DNA of 64,000 nucleotides from positions 165,230,001 through 165,294,000 of the forward strand of contig NC_042998.1 in the NCBI RefSeq assembly GCF_006345805.1, read 5' to 3'. Origin of the DNA: Octopus sinensis (taxonomy: Eukaryota). Positions 26,178 through 39,574 of the stretch are shown one piece after another. Position numbers and translations under genes: made by a program. Every line of letters starts with the position of its first letter. Position 1 is the first letter of the stretch. Under the pieces are notes generated by a model. That model was not told the DNA's origin. It saw only the letters and a program-made list of their open reading frames with translations, and did not search any database.

Positions 26178-26395
26178 ACTCTTTTACTCTTTTACTTGTT
26201 TCAGTCATGTGACTGCGGCCATGCTGGAGCACCACCTTTAGTCGAGCAGCTCGACCCCGGGACTTATTCTTTTTGTAAGCCCAGTACTTATTCTATCGGT
26301 CTCTTTTTGCCGAACCGCTAAGTGACGGGGACGTAAGCACACCAGCATCGGTTGTCAAGTAATGCTAGGGGAACAAACACAGACACACAAACACA
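26178..26395 (-). mobile_element. 3' half of a CORE-type SINE
   Basis: Reverse complement matches 15010-15220. Confidence 0.85.
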
Positions 26396-27262
26396 CACAT
26401 ATATATATATACCAATGATTTTCTTTAGGTGAATTAATAAAATGTCACGGGTAGGATGGTCAGATTGAAATGCTGCAACATCATAAATACCATCAAATTC
26501 ACATATCACTGTGAATTTCTTCCCCAAAATTTACAGTTTGACACGTATTTTTACATTAGATATCTTTTGTTGTGAGATACATTTCTTTGAATGTTAAGTA
26601 CCACGGTTGATTACACATGACAGATTCACATGTTATTAATATTACTTTAGTGTTGTAGAACACACTGTATAAAAAATAGAAGTGTTAATACTGAATTCGA
26701 AGAGATATGGTAGCATTTGCTTTGACCCCGCATCTGCAAAATCAATACAAATCGAGCAAAACAATAGCAAAACCATTTCAATTTAAACCATCAGTTTTTA
26801 TAACGGTGTGAAAGACATGAATCCTTTCCTTTTAAAAACTGATAGGGTATGACCATTGCGTTATTATCTTAAGTACAATAGAGCTACGATCAACATCTCT
26901 TGAAAGGGATATGGGTTTTTATGGAGGATGAAATAATTCTTATAGACGACTAAGGATCCTTTGGGTGTAAATTAAGTAAGCATGAAGTAATAGACTCTCA
27001 TATTACATATATTTATTTCTACACATGTATTGCATAGTATACCGTTGTTCGTGTAAATATATTTTGCTTATGCAAGCATATATGCACATACATGCACGGT
27101 GGTGCTCCAGCATGATCACAGCCGCATAGCTTAAACAAGTAAAAAGATAAAAGACTAGAATAATACATGTTCATACATATGAAGAAATAGACTCTACATA
27201 GTGTTGGTCTGTGTCGCCAAGATTTGCAAGAAGGGTACGGTGAAATTGTTGCGGGGATTGGA

Positions 27263-27300
27263 AAGCTTAACGTTTCGGACAGAATCCTTCATCAGAAAAA
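27263..27300 (-). ncRNA. Minimal type-I hammerhead ribozyme motif (solo)
   Basis: UUU-CUGAUGA-A-GGA-UUCUG-UCC-GAAAC-GUU/AAG. Core intact; stems I and II only 3 bp each. Confidence 0.55.
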
Positions 27301-27857
27301 AGTTGAGAGGAGAGAAACTAAAGAGAGTAGGTTTTGTTTTACATTCTCTAAGTAAGAAAACTGACAATAACTGATAAGGAACTATTCAGGACTGCGGGAG
27401 CTTCGTACAAAGAGCAGCAAGTTGTAGCAGGGAAAATCAGTGGGGGAGAGAGGTAAAAGGAAAGAAGTATGAAATGAAGAGATGTGATTGAAGTAAAGAG
27501 TCGGGTGAGGGAAAAAGATATATACGTACACATATAAGTATATATTCATGTACACATCTATATACATATGCATACATAAATACATACATGCAAATATACA
27601 CAAACATGCATGCACGTATGTATGTATATAATTACATACATACATACATACACACACAAACACACGCGCATATATATATATGTATATGTATATGCATATG
27701 TATATGAATGTATATATATATATACGTACTAGAAATGTCAATTGAGCTTTACTGTACTAGTATGCTTTTTTTTACAATATCGAGTTATCTCATTCTTGAA
27801 AGTGCGTGTAAGCAATCAATACAGCTGATTCGCTTATGTCTACATCCCTACCCCTTT

Positions 27858-27860
27858 GCC

Positions 27861-27899
<39 letters not shown>

Positions 27900-27900
27900 G

Positions 27901-27959
<59 letters not shown>

Positions 27960-27960
27960 A

Positions 27961-28050
<90 letters not shown>
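27858..28050. repeat. (TCTG)n(TCTA)n microsatellite
   Basis: Seen directly. Confidence 0.95.
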
Positions 28051-28350
28051 CACAAATACACGCGTACACGCACATATAATTATGTAATAACCTATCCAGT
28101 TTTCTGACTATTATGTTACAGAAAACTAAAACTTAGAATTATACGAAACTAAGAAGAATCTTAATAACGTAAAAAAAACAACATAACAACAATACCAAGA
28201 AGACTTATAAAACAATAGTAAAAATGCCGCTGATGGTAATATTGGTGATGTTAGGGAATAATAAAATCAATATTATTAGTGTTAAGCTAACTGTTTTTGT
28301 TGTCTGGTGCCATTGTTATCATTATGAGTAATATTATATTGTCATTATTA

Positions 28351-28388
<38 letters not shown>

Positions 28389-28819
28389 GTGAAAAGCAGT
28401 ACTATTATTTGTTTTTTTGTTTTTATGATAACAGATATTGTTAACAAGACATGAAATAATGCTGTGACGACAGAAGAGCGTGGAAAGGAAAGATAATTCG
28501 GCGTTCTTAATTAATATGGTGAGTTAGCAAACAAAACGAAAATATATGCCACCACCCACGCCACACGACGTATAGGCATATGTATGTCTATGTGTGTATG
28601 TCTGTGTGGATGTGTGTGTGGATGTGTATCGGTGTGCCTGTGAGTATAAATGCATGTGTTTGCATGTGTGCGTGTGTGGATGTGTGCGTGTGTATCTCAT
28701 TATGTTTATATAATATTACGTATATTATCGCGAAAGTTGACAATATTTTTTTCATATTTATTCAGATTGTTGCCTGAGAGGTAATCATCAGATGGTATAT
28801 GAACGAAGAAATGTTTTGA

Positions 28820-29187
28820 ATGATCTCTCTCTCTCTCTCTCTCGGTCTCTCTCTCTCTCTCTCTCTCTCTCGGTCTCTCTCTCTCTCTCTCTCTCGGTCT
28901 CTCTCTCTCACTCGGTCTCTCTCTCTCACTCGGTCTCTTTCTCTGTCCCCCTCTCTCTCTCTTTGTCTATCAATCTGTTTGCTTGTCTTTCTCTTTACTC
29001 TCTCTCTGGGTATCTCTCTCTCTCGGTCTCTCTCTCCCTCGGTCTCTCTTTCTCTCTCTGTCTCTCTTTCTCTCGGTCTCTCTCTCTCTCTCTCTGTCCC
29101 CTCTCTCACGCTTTCTCTTTCAATCTGTTTGCTTGCCTTTCTCTTTGCTCTCTCTCTCTCTCACACACACACACGCACACACACACA

Positions 29188-29229
<42 letters not shown>

Positions 29230-29240
29230 CACACACACGC
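28820..29240. repeat. Pyrimidine-rich (CT)n tract with CGGT interruptions and an internal 150-bp period, followed by (CA)n
   Basis: CAATCTGTTTGCTTG at 28971 and 29121. Confidence 0.9.
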
Positions 29241-29516
29241 ACTCATCACATGTTTGAAAACTCAACAAGAAGGATGCTTAATAAAAGATAAAGAAAAATA
29301 CATAATTTTTTCCTCACGTATACGGAAAATAATTTCTATCTCGCCACCCTGTCTTCGTTCTTTCTTCTTCTAGTTCACGTCATCATCACCGTCCTATTCC
29401 TCCTCCTCTTCTTCCTTTTCTTGTCGTTGTTGTTGTTATTATTGTTATAATTATTACCATTACTACCACAATTGTTGACGTTGTCATTATTATTACTAGT
29501 GTTGTTGTTGTTGTTG

Positions 29517-29553
<37 letters not shown>

Positions 29554-30121
29554 TATTATTATTATTATTATTGTTTATCTTTTACCTTCCTACGAAGATC
29601 ATATCACACCCGACTTCCAATTAATAGAGTAGTATGTTTACTGTGTGTTCGAGCTCTTCCGAAGCATACATGTTTTTGTTATATCAACCATTTTGAATCA
29701 TGTAAAAACCATGTAATATGGCGTCATAGCTTTCCCCGAATTGCGTCGAAATATGTCTGTGTAAACTGCAGTCCAATTTTGAGGCGTACATTTTTCTAAC
29801 GAATAAAAAAGAAATCGGGAAAAAGAAATCATTCCTTGTCTCCCAAAAACTCTATTTCATCAACATTATCGTCATCATATTTTGTCACCATTTTTTTTTT
29901 GTTCTCCTTCCTTATATTTTTAATTGGATTTTCTTTCTTGAGTGTTATTTGATTGTTTTGTTTTTCGTTTATTCTCCATATTATTATCTTCGCTGTTAGT
30001 AGAAGTGATATGTTTTTAGTTCAAACAGAGACAAGCTAACGCACACACACAGACACAAACACACACACACACACATACACAAAGTTTGCCAACTGACATG
30101 ACAAACATGCACACAACCATA

Positions 30122-30179
<58 letters not shown>

Positions 30180-30739
30180 GAGAGAAGGGGAGAGAGAGAG
30201 ACACATACTAACACCCACATATATACATTACATATCTATATATGCATATATACATATATACATACACACACATAAAGATATAAATGTTTTTACATATATT
30301 TGTATATACATACGTAGACACATAAATACGTACATGTACACTCGAGCTCATGTACATGCTCTGAACAGCATGTATGTGCTTATTTATAGATATATGAATA
30401 TATAATTATGCCCTTACGAATACAGGTTTGTATACAATCATTCTGCAATTTCCAATCTGTATAACTTCAGTTCTATATTTGATAGAATTAATTTTTGTGA
30501 AAAATACATTTTATTTTACAATAGATACATTTTTGAGAGTAACTTTCAATGTCCGTATACACAAACTGATGGTAAGATTCCGAAATTTTAGGGATACAGT
30601 TTGTCATTGATTTCTATTTACGCTCTGAATCACATTAGTTATCCTAGACGCAAGCACTCATTAGAATGAGTTACAGTTGAATAAATAGCATTCTTTATAA
30701 AATATATTTCAAATAAATATTTGTCTCAAATCTTGGCAC

Positions 30740-30848
30740 AAGTTCAGCAATTTCAGAGGATGGGGTAAGTTGATTACATCGACCCCAGTGCTCAACTGGT
30801 ACTTATTTTATCGACTCCGAAGGAAAGATAGGCAAAGTCGATCTCACA
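30740..30848 (-). mobile_element. Family A SINE 3' part abutting the mariner fragment
   Basis: GATTACATCGACCCCAGTGCTCAACTGGTAC block. Confidence 0.75.
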
Positions 30849-31345
30849 TGGAGCAGAGACCATAACCCCGTGTCCCTTCACTAGTGATGGTGGTTTTCTT
30901 GAAGCCTGGTTCGTGGTTTGCAGAGTGCAGCATATCCTGAGCAATTTCCATACAGAGTTGCTTCTGCTGCTCCGCCAGCATCTTGGGGGCGAATTTCAAC
31001 GACACTCTCCGCGGGCACAGATCCTTCTTTAAGATGAAATGCATTGATTCTGTGCTTATTTTCACTTCGGAAGCAATGTTCTTCACTGCTACATAATGAT
31101 CTTCCATGACTATTCACCGAAACTTCTCAGTCGGTTCTTCGTTTCGGCTTGCAGATGGTCTGCTCGAACATGCCTTGCTGTCCGCTGAGGTCCGGCCACG
31201 TTTGAAGCGGTTGTGCCACTCCTTCATCTGAGTTTTGCCCATGGCATCATCATCAAAGGCTTGCTGTATCTTCTGAGTGATTTGAGCTGTAATATCAGCA
31301 AGCTTTTGGTAAAACTTAATGCAATATACGTCTGTGCTCAAGGCG
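30849..31345 (-). pseudogene. Mariner transposase N-terminal fragment (HTH domains through the first catalytic-Asp region)
   Basis: IKFYQKL...QAFDDDAMGKTQMKEWHNRFKRGRTS...SSRPSAS..., RRVSLKFAPKML (WVPxxL-like), KTTITSEGTRGY (decayed IITGDETWVY). One in-frame stop. Confidence 0.92.
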
Positions 31346-31469
31346 TGACAGCTGGAAACTGACACGGAAGGAACGTAAAATGAGTGGGTGGGGGTGACAT
31401 TTCACGCATCTTAACTTTATTTACCCATAGGTTTTTGCGATGTAGGCTACAATTATATCGATTTACAGG

Positions 31470-31871
31470 TATCTGAATAAAAGAAGGGCAAAAATACCGC
31501 TCGCCAAAAATAAAAGCGAAAGCTTCAAAAACCACCAATCCTACGATAAATACACACACGAGCAAAGCAATGAACACTTTAAAAAATATGCCTACCTTCA
31601 GGATGGAATTTGGAGATAGTTTACATACCCCAATATCAATTGATTTCATGCTGTTCAGGAGTAAACATGCTTTGCAATCTTCAGTTGGAGATAATAACAT
31701 CTATTTCCAAAATATTCCTACGTCAAACTCGTGTGCGTTTCGAACTTAAAACGTTCCGCTCCGTTTAAAGAAAAAACTATCGTGTGTGTATTTATTGTAG
31801 GATTAGTGGTTTTTAAAGCTTTTGCTTTCATCTTTGGGAAGCGGTATTTTTACCCTTCTTTTATTCAAATA
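31470..31871. mobile_element. MITE/foldback with 92-bp inverted arms
   Basis: 31470-31561 versus the reverse complement of 31780-31871: 10 mismatches in 92 by hand count. Confidence 0.75.
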
Positions 31872-31897
31872 TTTAATATTATACCTATTAAGGTAGA

Positions 31898-32236
31898 GTG
31901 AAAGCGCATGGTTCAGTGGTTAGAGCGTCGAGCCTACAATCGTGAGGTTGTGATTCGAATCCTGGACCGGGCTGCGTGTTGTGTTCTTGAGCAAGACTCT
32001 TTATTTCACGTTACTCCAGACACTCAGCTCTAGAAATGAGTTGCGACGTTACTGGTGCCAATCTGTCTCGGTCTTTGATTTTCCCTTGGATAACACTGGT
32101 GGCGTAAAGAGGGGAGGCCGATAAGCATGGGCGACTGCTGGTCTTCCATAAACAACCTTGCCCGGACTTGTGCCTGGGAGTGTAACCTTCGAGGTGCAAT
32201 CCCATGATCATTCATGACCGAAGGGGATCTCAGCTC
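31898..32236 (+). mobile_element. Full-length family C SINE, possible 8-bp TSD
   Basis: tRNA head and CORE-like block. AAGGTAGA at 31890-31897 and 32237-32244. Confidence 0.88.
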
Positions 32237-32315
32237 AAGGTAGAAGTCTTGCTAACCGCCTCATTATTACTGTTTTTAACAGCAATGATGCTTTCATATA
32301 ATTACTGATTTATAG

Positions 32316-32739
32316 GTATGTGTACTTTTAAGGACTATTCTACTTTGTCCCAAAAATTCCATGAAAGAAATCTTTGTAAAAAGGTGAGTACAAAGCTAGT
32401 AGTAATTATTGAATACATATTTCTTTTTTACCTTTATCGCATTCTTATTCTCTCTCTTTTTTAAAGTGAAAGGTGGCCCATCCCCTACAGGATCATATAG
32501 CATACAGGAAATTGCAGGGATTGCGTGTATTGTGAGTGGTATGTATTTGTGCATGTTGTGTGTCGAGCTTGTATAGTTAAAGTACGCAAATGTCCTTTTC
32601 TTCTCGACTAACATTTTCCAAAGACAGCATTATGCTTAACTCCTGACAGATATCAATTTCTTTCAGGAAGAAACAGTTTTATGTTCGAAAAAAGTATTGT
32701 AGACTCATTCAAAGTATAATACATAGAGTGCAGATAAAA
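32316..32739 (+). other. Candidate three-exon cluster (32316-32383, 32473-32531, 32667-32739), product unrecognised
   Basis: Donors AAG|GTGAGT, ATT|GTGAGT and AAA|GTAAGC, pyrimidine-rich acceptors, repeat-free context. One splice path is open in frame. Confidence 0.3.
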
Positions 32740-33229
32740 GTAAGCTGCCGTCCTGTTTGTAGAAGCCACATTGTATAATTGGTTTTTTACTGGAAGAGCA
32801 AATTTCCGAATGCAACTTCTATTCTTTCAAATAATGAATGAAGTTTAACAACTACTGTTAGAATTTGAAATAAAATCTTACCTTACTGTTTTAACTGTCC
32901 AACTGAAAATACAGTTAAAATTTATAATTAAATCGAAAAGAAATCTTGCAAGATTATTAATTGAACAAAGGTTTCGGTCCAGTTTTTAAACAAATGACAC
33001 GGTGGAAATTTATTTTGGGAGAATATCTTTTGCAAACCTCTCTGGATGGTTTAAAAAAATAAAAAAAAATTATTCTTTCCAAACCATATTAAGTTCAGCG
33101 CTTGAAATATATGCTCCGTACACCCACCCACACCCACACAAAAACACACACACGTCCATAGATACAAACGCTCATTCTCATGGACGCATATACAAACATA
33201 TGTATGTAATATGTATTTATACTTATAAA

Positions 33230-33231
33230 CA

Positions 33232-33314
<83 letters not shown>

Positions 33315-33434
33315 TACATACATATGTATGTATAAAAATATTATATATGTGTTATGTATATATACATACGTATATACGTATATGCTTACATACATAGAAC
33401 GTACATATATATATACATATATATATATACATAT

Positions 33435-33506
<72 letters not shown>

Positions 33507-33545
33507 ATATATATATACACATATATACATATATATATATGTATA
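33230..33545. repeat. (TA)n-rich microsatellite
   Basis: Seen directly. Confidence 0.95.
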
Positions 33546-33970
33546 TGACCCGGTGTTGATTACAGATTGGAGCCGTTTTAACTCATTTATATTGCGAATG
33601 TCTCAGGGAACGGAGTACTCTTTACAACATCCAATTCCCTTGATAAAACACTGTCTGACTAGAAGTCTGTGTAACCGAAGAATATATTATATTGCCATTT
33701 TATGTAGGATAGCGTTTTCTTTCATAATGGGGATTCTCTACATTTGGCACAAGGCCAGAAATATGTATGGAAGACGTATAGATTTGATAGCAGTGACCTA
33801 TATAATAGCGACTTGTATAATACATCGCATACGAGGAAGTCCAGAGACCTTCTACTACTAGGTCAGTTGTTTTGCTAGAAATGCCAGCCAAATCACTATT
33901 TAAGCACAACTAAAAAAGGTTGTATATGTTGAACAATATACATTTTGTATAATTATGGCTGAATATTCTG

Positions 33971-34372
33971 TTATTCTTTTACTTGTTTCAGTCCTGAGAC
34001 TGAGGCCATACTGGGGCACCACCTAGGATAATTTTTAGTCAAATGAACCGACACCTGTACTTATTTTCTTTACTGCCTAGCAGTTATTTTATCGAAGCCT
34101 TTTGCCTAACCGCTAATTTACGGGGAGGTAAACACACCAAAGCCGCTTGTCAATAGGTGGTGAAGAGGGACAAACACAGACACAAAAACACACGCACACG
34201 CACAACACACACACATTCCTTCAGTTTCCGTCTACCAAATCCACTCACAAGGCATTGGTCGGTCCGTGGCTATGGTAAAATAAACTTTCCCAAGCTACCT
34301 GGAAAATAAGCTTTTCAACGAACCTGGAATCATATGGTTAGGAAGCAACCTTCTTACCACACAGCCACGCCT
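33971..34372 (-). mobile_element. CORE-type SINE with short internal (CA)n
   Basis: Both halves match the reverse complement of 14741-15222. Confidence 0.82.
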
Positions 34373-34763
34373 ACAAACAGTGAGGCAATATTGTATCATT
34401 TTATTTATAAAGTTTTTATGTTGGTCTTTGTTTTGTTCGGGAGGGCTTTTGATTATTTCTAAAGGTTTAAGTATATCATTGATAGTTGGTTCATTGAGGA
34501 GTTTTTTTTATTTGGGTTCGTGCAAGTTATCCTCTGTATCGTTTCGATTTGTTAATATATTTAATTTGGAAAAAATATTTACTGTGTGTATTAATAATTT
34601 TGATTTTTATGAGGGACTTTAGCTAGCAACTTTATATGGTTTGTGTACATCAGCAAATAGTTTATTGGAAAATAATAACACCAGAAACTGTTATATTTGG
34701 GGACAATCATTTTTGCCAATTAAACACACGGACTATTTATTTGATCTTCATTTGAGCTTTAAT

Positions 34764-35075
34764 GTGGAGGCGCAGTGGCCCAGTGGTTAGGGCAGCGGAC
34801 TCGCAGTCGGAGGGTCGCGGTTTCGATTCCCAGACCGGTCGATGTATGCTTTTATTGAGCGAAAACACATAAAAGATAGCTCCACGAGGCTCCGACAGGG
34901 GGTGGGGGTGACCCCTGGTGTACTCTTTCGCCACAACTTACTCTCACTTCCTGTTTCTTGAGTAACGCTGCAATGGACTGGCGTCCCGTTCAGCTGGGGG
35001 AACACATACGCCATAGAAACCGAGAAACCAGGCCCATGAGCCTGGCTAGGCTTGGAAAGGGCGACGTTTATCGTT
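34764..35075 (+). mobile_element. Family D-head SINE with V-domain-like tail and 13-bp TSD (1 mismatch)
   Basis: TTTGAGCTT(T/C)AAT at 34751-34763 and 35076-35088. The tail matches the copy at 13604. Confidence 0.85.
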
Positions 35076-35360
35076 TTTGAGCTTCAATATTATTATTATT
35101 TTTTCGAGTATTTATCCGTCAAAGTTTTTGTCACACATTCTGTGAACACTTTAGCAACTGTGTTACATGTGTCTCCTCTTGCCTTGACTATTCTATTTCG
35201 TCATTCTGTGGTAGGTTTAATTGGCAAAAAATGACCATACTGAAGTGTAACAATATCTGTTTCTGCGCACGTTTCACATGAAGAATCTTGCAAAACAAAT
35301 ACAATAACATTGGAAGTTAAAGTAAAGTAGATTGAAGTAAAAGTTTATTTTGTTTTATAT

Positions 35361-35845
35361 GGAGGCGCAGGCATGGCTGTGTGGCAAGAAGCTTGCTTCC
35401 CAACCACATGGTTCCGGGTTCAGTCTTACCGCGTGACACTTTGGACAAATCTATTCTGTTATAGCCTCGGGCCCATCAAAGCCTTGGGAGTGGATTTGGT
35501 AGACGGAAACGGAAAAAAGCCCGAGTATATACATATATATGTGTGTGTGCGTGTGTGTGTGTGTATGTGCTTTGTATGTATGTATGTGCCTTGTATGTGT
35601 GTGTGTGTGTGTGTGAGAGTATCTTTGTGTCTGTGTTTGTCTCCCGCCACCGTTTGACAACCAGTGTTGGTGTGTTTACGTCTCCGTAAATTTGAGGCTT
35701 GGCAAAGGGGATCGATAAAATAAACACTAGGCTTTAAAAGAAAAAAAATATTGGGGTCTATTCATTCGACTAAAAATTCTTCAAGGCGTTGCCCCAGCAA
35801 GGTCGCAGTCTAATGATTGAAACAAGTAAAGATAAAAGGTAAAAG
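35361..35845 (+). mobile_element. Full-length CORE-type SINE with internal microsatellite
   Basis: Colinear with 14741-15222. Confidence 0.88.
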
Positions 35846-35907
35846 TTGGTATTGATAATATTTTTTCGACTATTATGATATTAATTAGGATATTAATCGA
35901 TATTAAT

Positions 35908-36216
35908 GTGAAGGGGCATGGCTCAGTGGTTAGAGCGTCGAATCCCGGACTGGGCTGCGTGCTGTGTTCTTGAGCAAGACACTTTATTTCACGTTGCTCC
36001 AGTTCACTCAGCTGTAGAAATGAGTTGCGACGTCACAAGTGCCAAGCTGTAACGGTCCTTGTCTTTCCTTTGGATAACACTGGTGGCGTGAAAGGGGAGG
36101 CCGGCATGCATGGGCGACTGCTGGTCTTCCATAAACAACCTTGCCCGGAATTGTGCCTCGGAGGGTAACTTTCTAGGTGCAATCCCATGGTCAGTGTCGT
36201 GACCGAAGGGGGTCTC
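35908..36216 (+). mobile_element. Family C SINE with a deletion in the tRNA head
   Basis: Versus 31898, the segment between two TCGA microhomologies is missing. Confidence 0.88.
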
Positions 36217-37629
36217 AGAATCGTTTTAATTGAACCTGTAAAGTTGGATTTTATGATTATGTCGATCAGAATTTTTGTTATTTCTTTGTTTTTTTAATCA
36301 TCCCTATGGTTTTATATTATTTTTGATACATAAGGGTTACGTTTATATATATTATTAGTTTGAATCCTAATTTGATTTTTTTTCTAAGGGTTGAATAATA
36401 TATATATTTATTGGAAATATTATCGACCGCACATTCTCAATGTATTTATTATGCTTGTTCACCAGTATACTGCCGTAAGCACAGTGGATATTAAAACACC
36501 TGAAAGTCATAAACAGGTCAGACAACTCGTCCTTAATCCCATCCAGAAGTGACGGATACCGATATTACGCCATTTTTGTGGCTTATCAGTATCATACACT
36601 GCATTGAAATAGGGCGAAAAGAAACGCCAGTTTATGAGTATGTAGAAATAGTGTAAAAACCATTTGCTGGTATGCCACGACGATACAAACGTAGGATTTT
36701 AAATAAAATTATTAATTAGAAGCAGTGCTAGTGTTCTAAACATTATCGACCGCATATACTCAGTGTATGTCTTGCTTGTTCTTTAGTTTACTATGCTTCA
36801 ACTAATCCAGATTACTAATATTTCTATCGAGGTCACTAATCTTCATTAGTGCTCGCCTTTTCTACTAGGGTTCCTGTTGGTCTTTCTTTTATTTTTCTGC
36901 AAAAATTCTGAAACTACATTAGCACATGATAATATTAATGTGTTGATAGGGCGGCGAGCGGGCAGAATCGTTAGCATGCCGGGGATAGTGCTTAGCAGCA
37001 CTTCTCCCTTCTTTATGTACTGAATTCTAATGTTTTCGAGTGTAATCTTATATATCACACAGATTATTTTGTATTTTTTCTTTAACCTTAGTTCGATTTA
37101 CTGTCCTCAAATTAACTGATCCTAAGGCCTCCAGTTCAATCAGTTTCTGCCCTAGTTTCCTCAAAGTTTTCTATTTGATCATCATCGAGACTATTTTCAT
37201 CACGGTGGAGATAACTTCTTTAAAGCACTGGATCTTAAAACACCTAAAAGTCATAGAAGGCAAGATGACAGGCCCCTAATCGCATTGAGGGGAGATACAT
37301 ATCGATATTTCGCTATTTTTGTGGCTTAGCAACATCACGTACCTGGATAGAACCTATATACAAATAGTGTGAAAACCGTACACTGAGTATGTGCAAGCGA
37401 TAATGTTTACAACTCCCGCATTGTTTCTAATTCGTAATTGAATAATTTATTGGAGTTTTTAGTTTTCTCTTTTTTTTGTTAAATAAATATGTTTTCTATA
37501 TATAGATATTTAGATGTGGGCGTAACAAATATAAAAATGGAGGAAAAATTTTTGAGGATGGGGATATGTAGATTAGTTATAAGGAATTATAATTTCCGGA
37601 ACATATACGAATTTATTTTACACAATCAT

Positions 37630-38025
37630 TCAAATACATACACACACACACACACGTACACACACATACATACATACATACATACATACATACATACACA
37701 CATACATACATACATACATACATACATACATACACATACACACATACATACATACATACATACATACACACACATACATACATACATACATACATACATA
37801 CATACATACATACATACATACATGCATGCATGCATGCATACATACATACATACATACATACATACATACATACATACATACATACATACAGAGTATATGC
37901 ATGCATGTGTGTGTGTGTGTTTGAACATAGAGGTAAAAATCATTGTACCGTTTCTCGCAATCCACTGCTTTGTTTTGTTCATAAAATTGGAAACGTTTTA
38001 ACTGATGATGATGATGATGATGATA

Positions 38026-38060
<35 letters not shown>

Positions 38061-38188
38061 CCTTTCTACTATAGGCACAAGGCCTCAAATTTTTTGGGAA
38101 GGGAATAGTCGATTCCATCGATCCCAGTGCGTAACTGGTAATTATTTCATCGACTCCGAAAGGATGAAAGGCACAGTCGACCTCGGCA

Positions 38189-38257
<69 letters not shown>

Positions 38258-38261
38258 TAAC

Positions 38262-38323
<62 letters not shown>

Positions 38324-38370
38324 TAATAACAATAATAATAATAATGATGATGATGATGATGATAAAAATA
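37630..38370. repeat. (CATA)n, (GAT)n and (AAT)n microsatellites with an embedded family A SINE fragment (about 38060-38190, minus)
   Basis: Seen directly. Confidence 0.9.
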
Positions 38371-39059
38371 ATTATTCGCATATCTTAAAGTATTATCTGT
38401 CGGAGGCTCTTGCTTTTCTTACAATATTTATTTAAACCCCAAAGAATCCCTCTCACCACATGGTTATGATGCTTCCCCACTACTCTTGTTCATGAGCAGA
38501 GATGCATATATTATCAGCCACTAAGGGACATGCTCAAGTGGTTAAAGTAAAGCAACTGACGAGCATATCTGTGCAGTTGAGCAAAATATTTGTTATAACG
38601 ATATTTCTGCTTCAGCAACTCAGTGCTGAATTTGTTTGAAATGTAATGGGAAATAGGTCAATTTCAAAACATTGATGTCCAGGTCACAAAAGGAGTTTGA
38701 AGGGAGTGGTAGTCATTTCCTTTGATTTCTATATAGTATCAAATAGAATATAACACTGACCAAAGACAAAAAAAAAAGAAATAAAATAAATATATAAAAA
38801 TTTTGTTACTCAGTGTTATAGAAGAACGTACGACTTAGACCCAGACGTAGACCAAGAGATACCGAGAACTCTTCAATATCTCAAAAAAGCTAGATGCCTG
38901 TTAGAAAACGTAATGCATCGATGGAGCTAGGGAAAGATACTCGTATCTTGTTCATAATCGCCTTGATGCCATTATCGATCATTCCTAATTAATCTTCGAC
39001 TGGGTAGTCACAGGGAAAGAGGAGTGAAGTAAATCTTCTCCTATTTATGGTGATTTATC

Positions 39060-39420
39060 TTTATGAAAAGAAGAAACTGAAAATATGTGGAAATGGCATT
39101 GAGATAATTTTATGAGACAAAATACGTGATAAAGCTATGAACTAGCGAAAAATCATAAAAAGTACTGGAATATATCTACCTAATGAAGTGAAACAGAGAT
39201 AATACAAACTACAGGTGACATGCAGAAAACACTATCTAGAAGAAAATGGAGAGATAATCGCAAAGGGAGTAACATGTTAAGGACCGCTGCTAATTGCATA
39301 TAGTGCAGAAAACACCAACTCACTGAAAGGTAACAAAAACGGGGGGCGAAGAGAAAGAAGAAATGTTGGACGGATTGCAACATCTTAAAAGATCTAGATG
39401 CATGGAGAAAGACACAGTAA
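39060..39420 (+). mobile_element. Decayed RTE-like LINE 3' fragment
   Basis: Broken translation near 39330-39380 resembles the G-x-R-x-RGR-x-K-x-W-L-D-G motif of RTE ORF2 C-termini. Confidence 0.4.
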
Positions 39421-39574
39421 GCTCAATTTCTTTGGTGGAATTAATAAACTCTACGGCTCCAGGTATTGCTGCATAGAACCAATTATCTGACAGCACATCT
39501 TTGCTGAAAGACTAGACAGCAATAGTGGAACGTTGAAATGTTCCTAATCTAAGCCGGTGAATCTAGTGGTGATG

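Noticed and set aside
26410-26740. Possible minus-strand exon or pseudogene (signal-peptide-like MRGQSKC...)
   Set aside because: A continuous protein needs frameshifts and stop read-through, and no homology was recognised.
33545-33861. About 100-codon open frame in non-repetitive sequence
   Set aside because: No recognisable domain or clear start. A few frames this long are plausible by chance in 64 kb.
34380-34622. T/G-skewed stretch suggesting a mitochondrial insertion (NUMT)
   Set aside because: The translation showed no convincing match to mitochondrial proteins I know; the skew could equally be LINE-derived. A BLAST search is needed.
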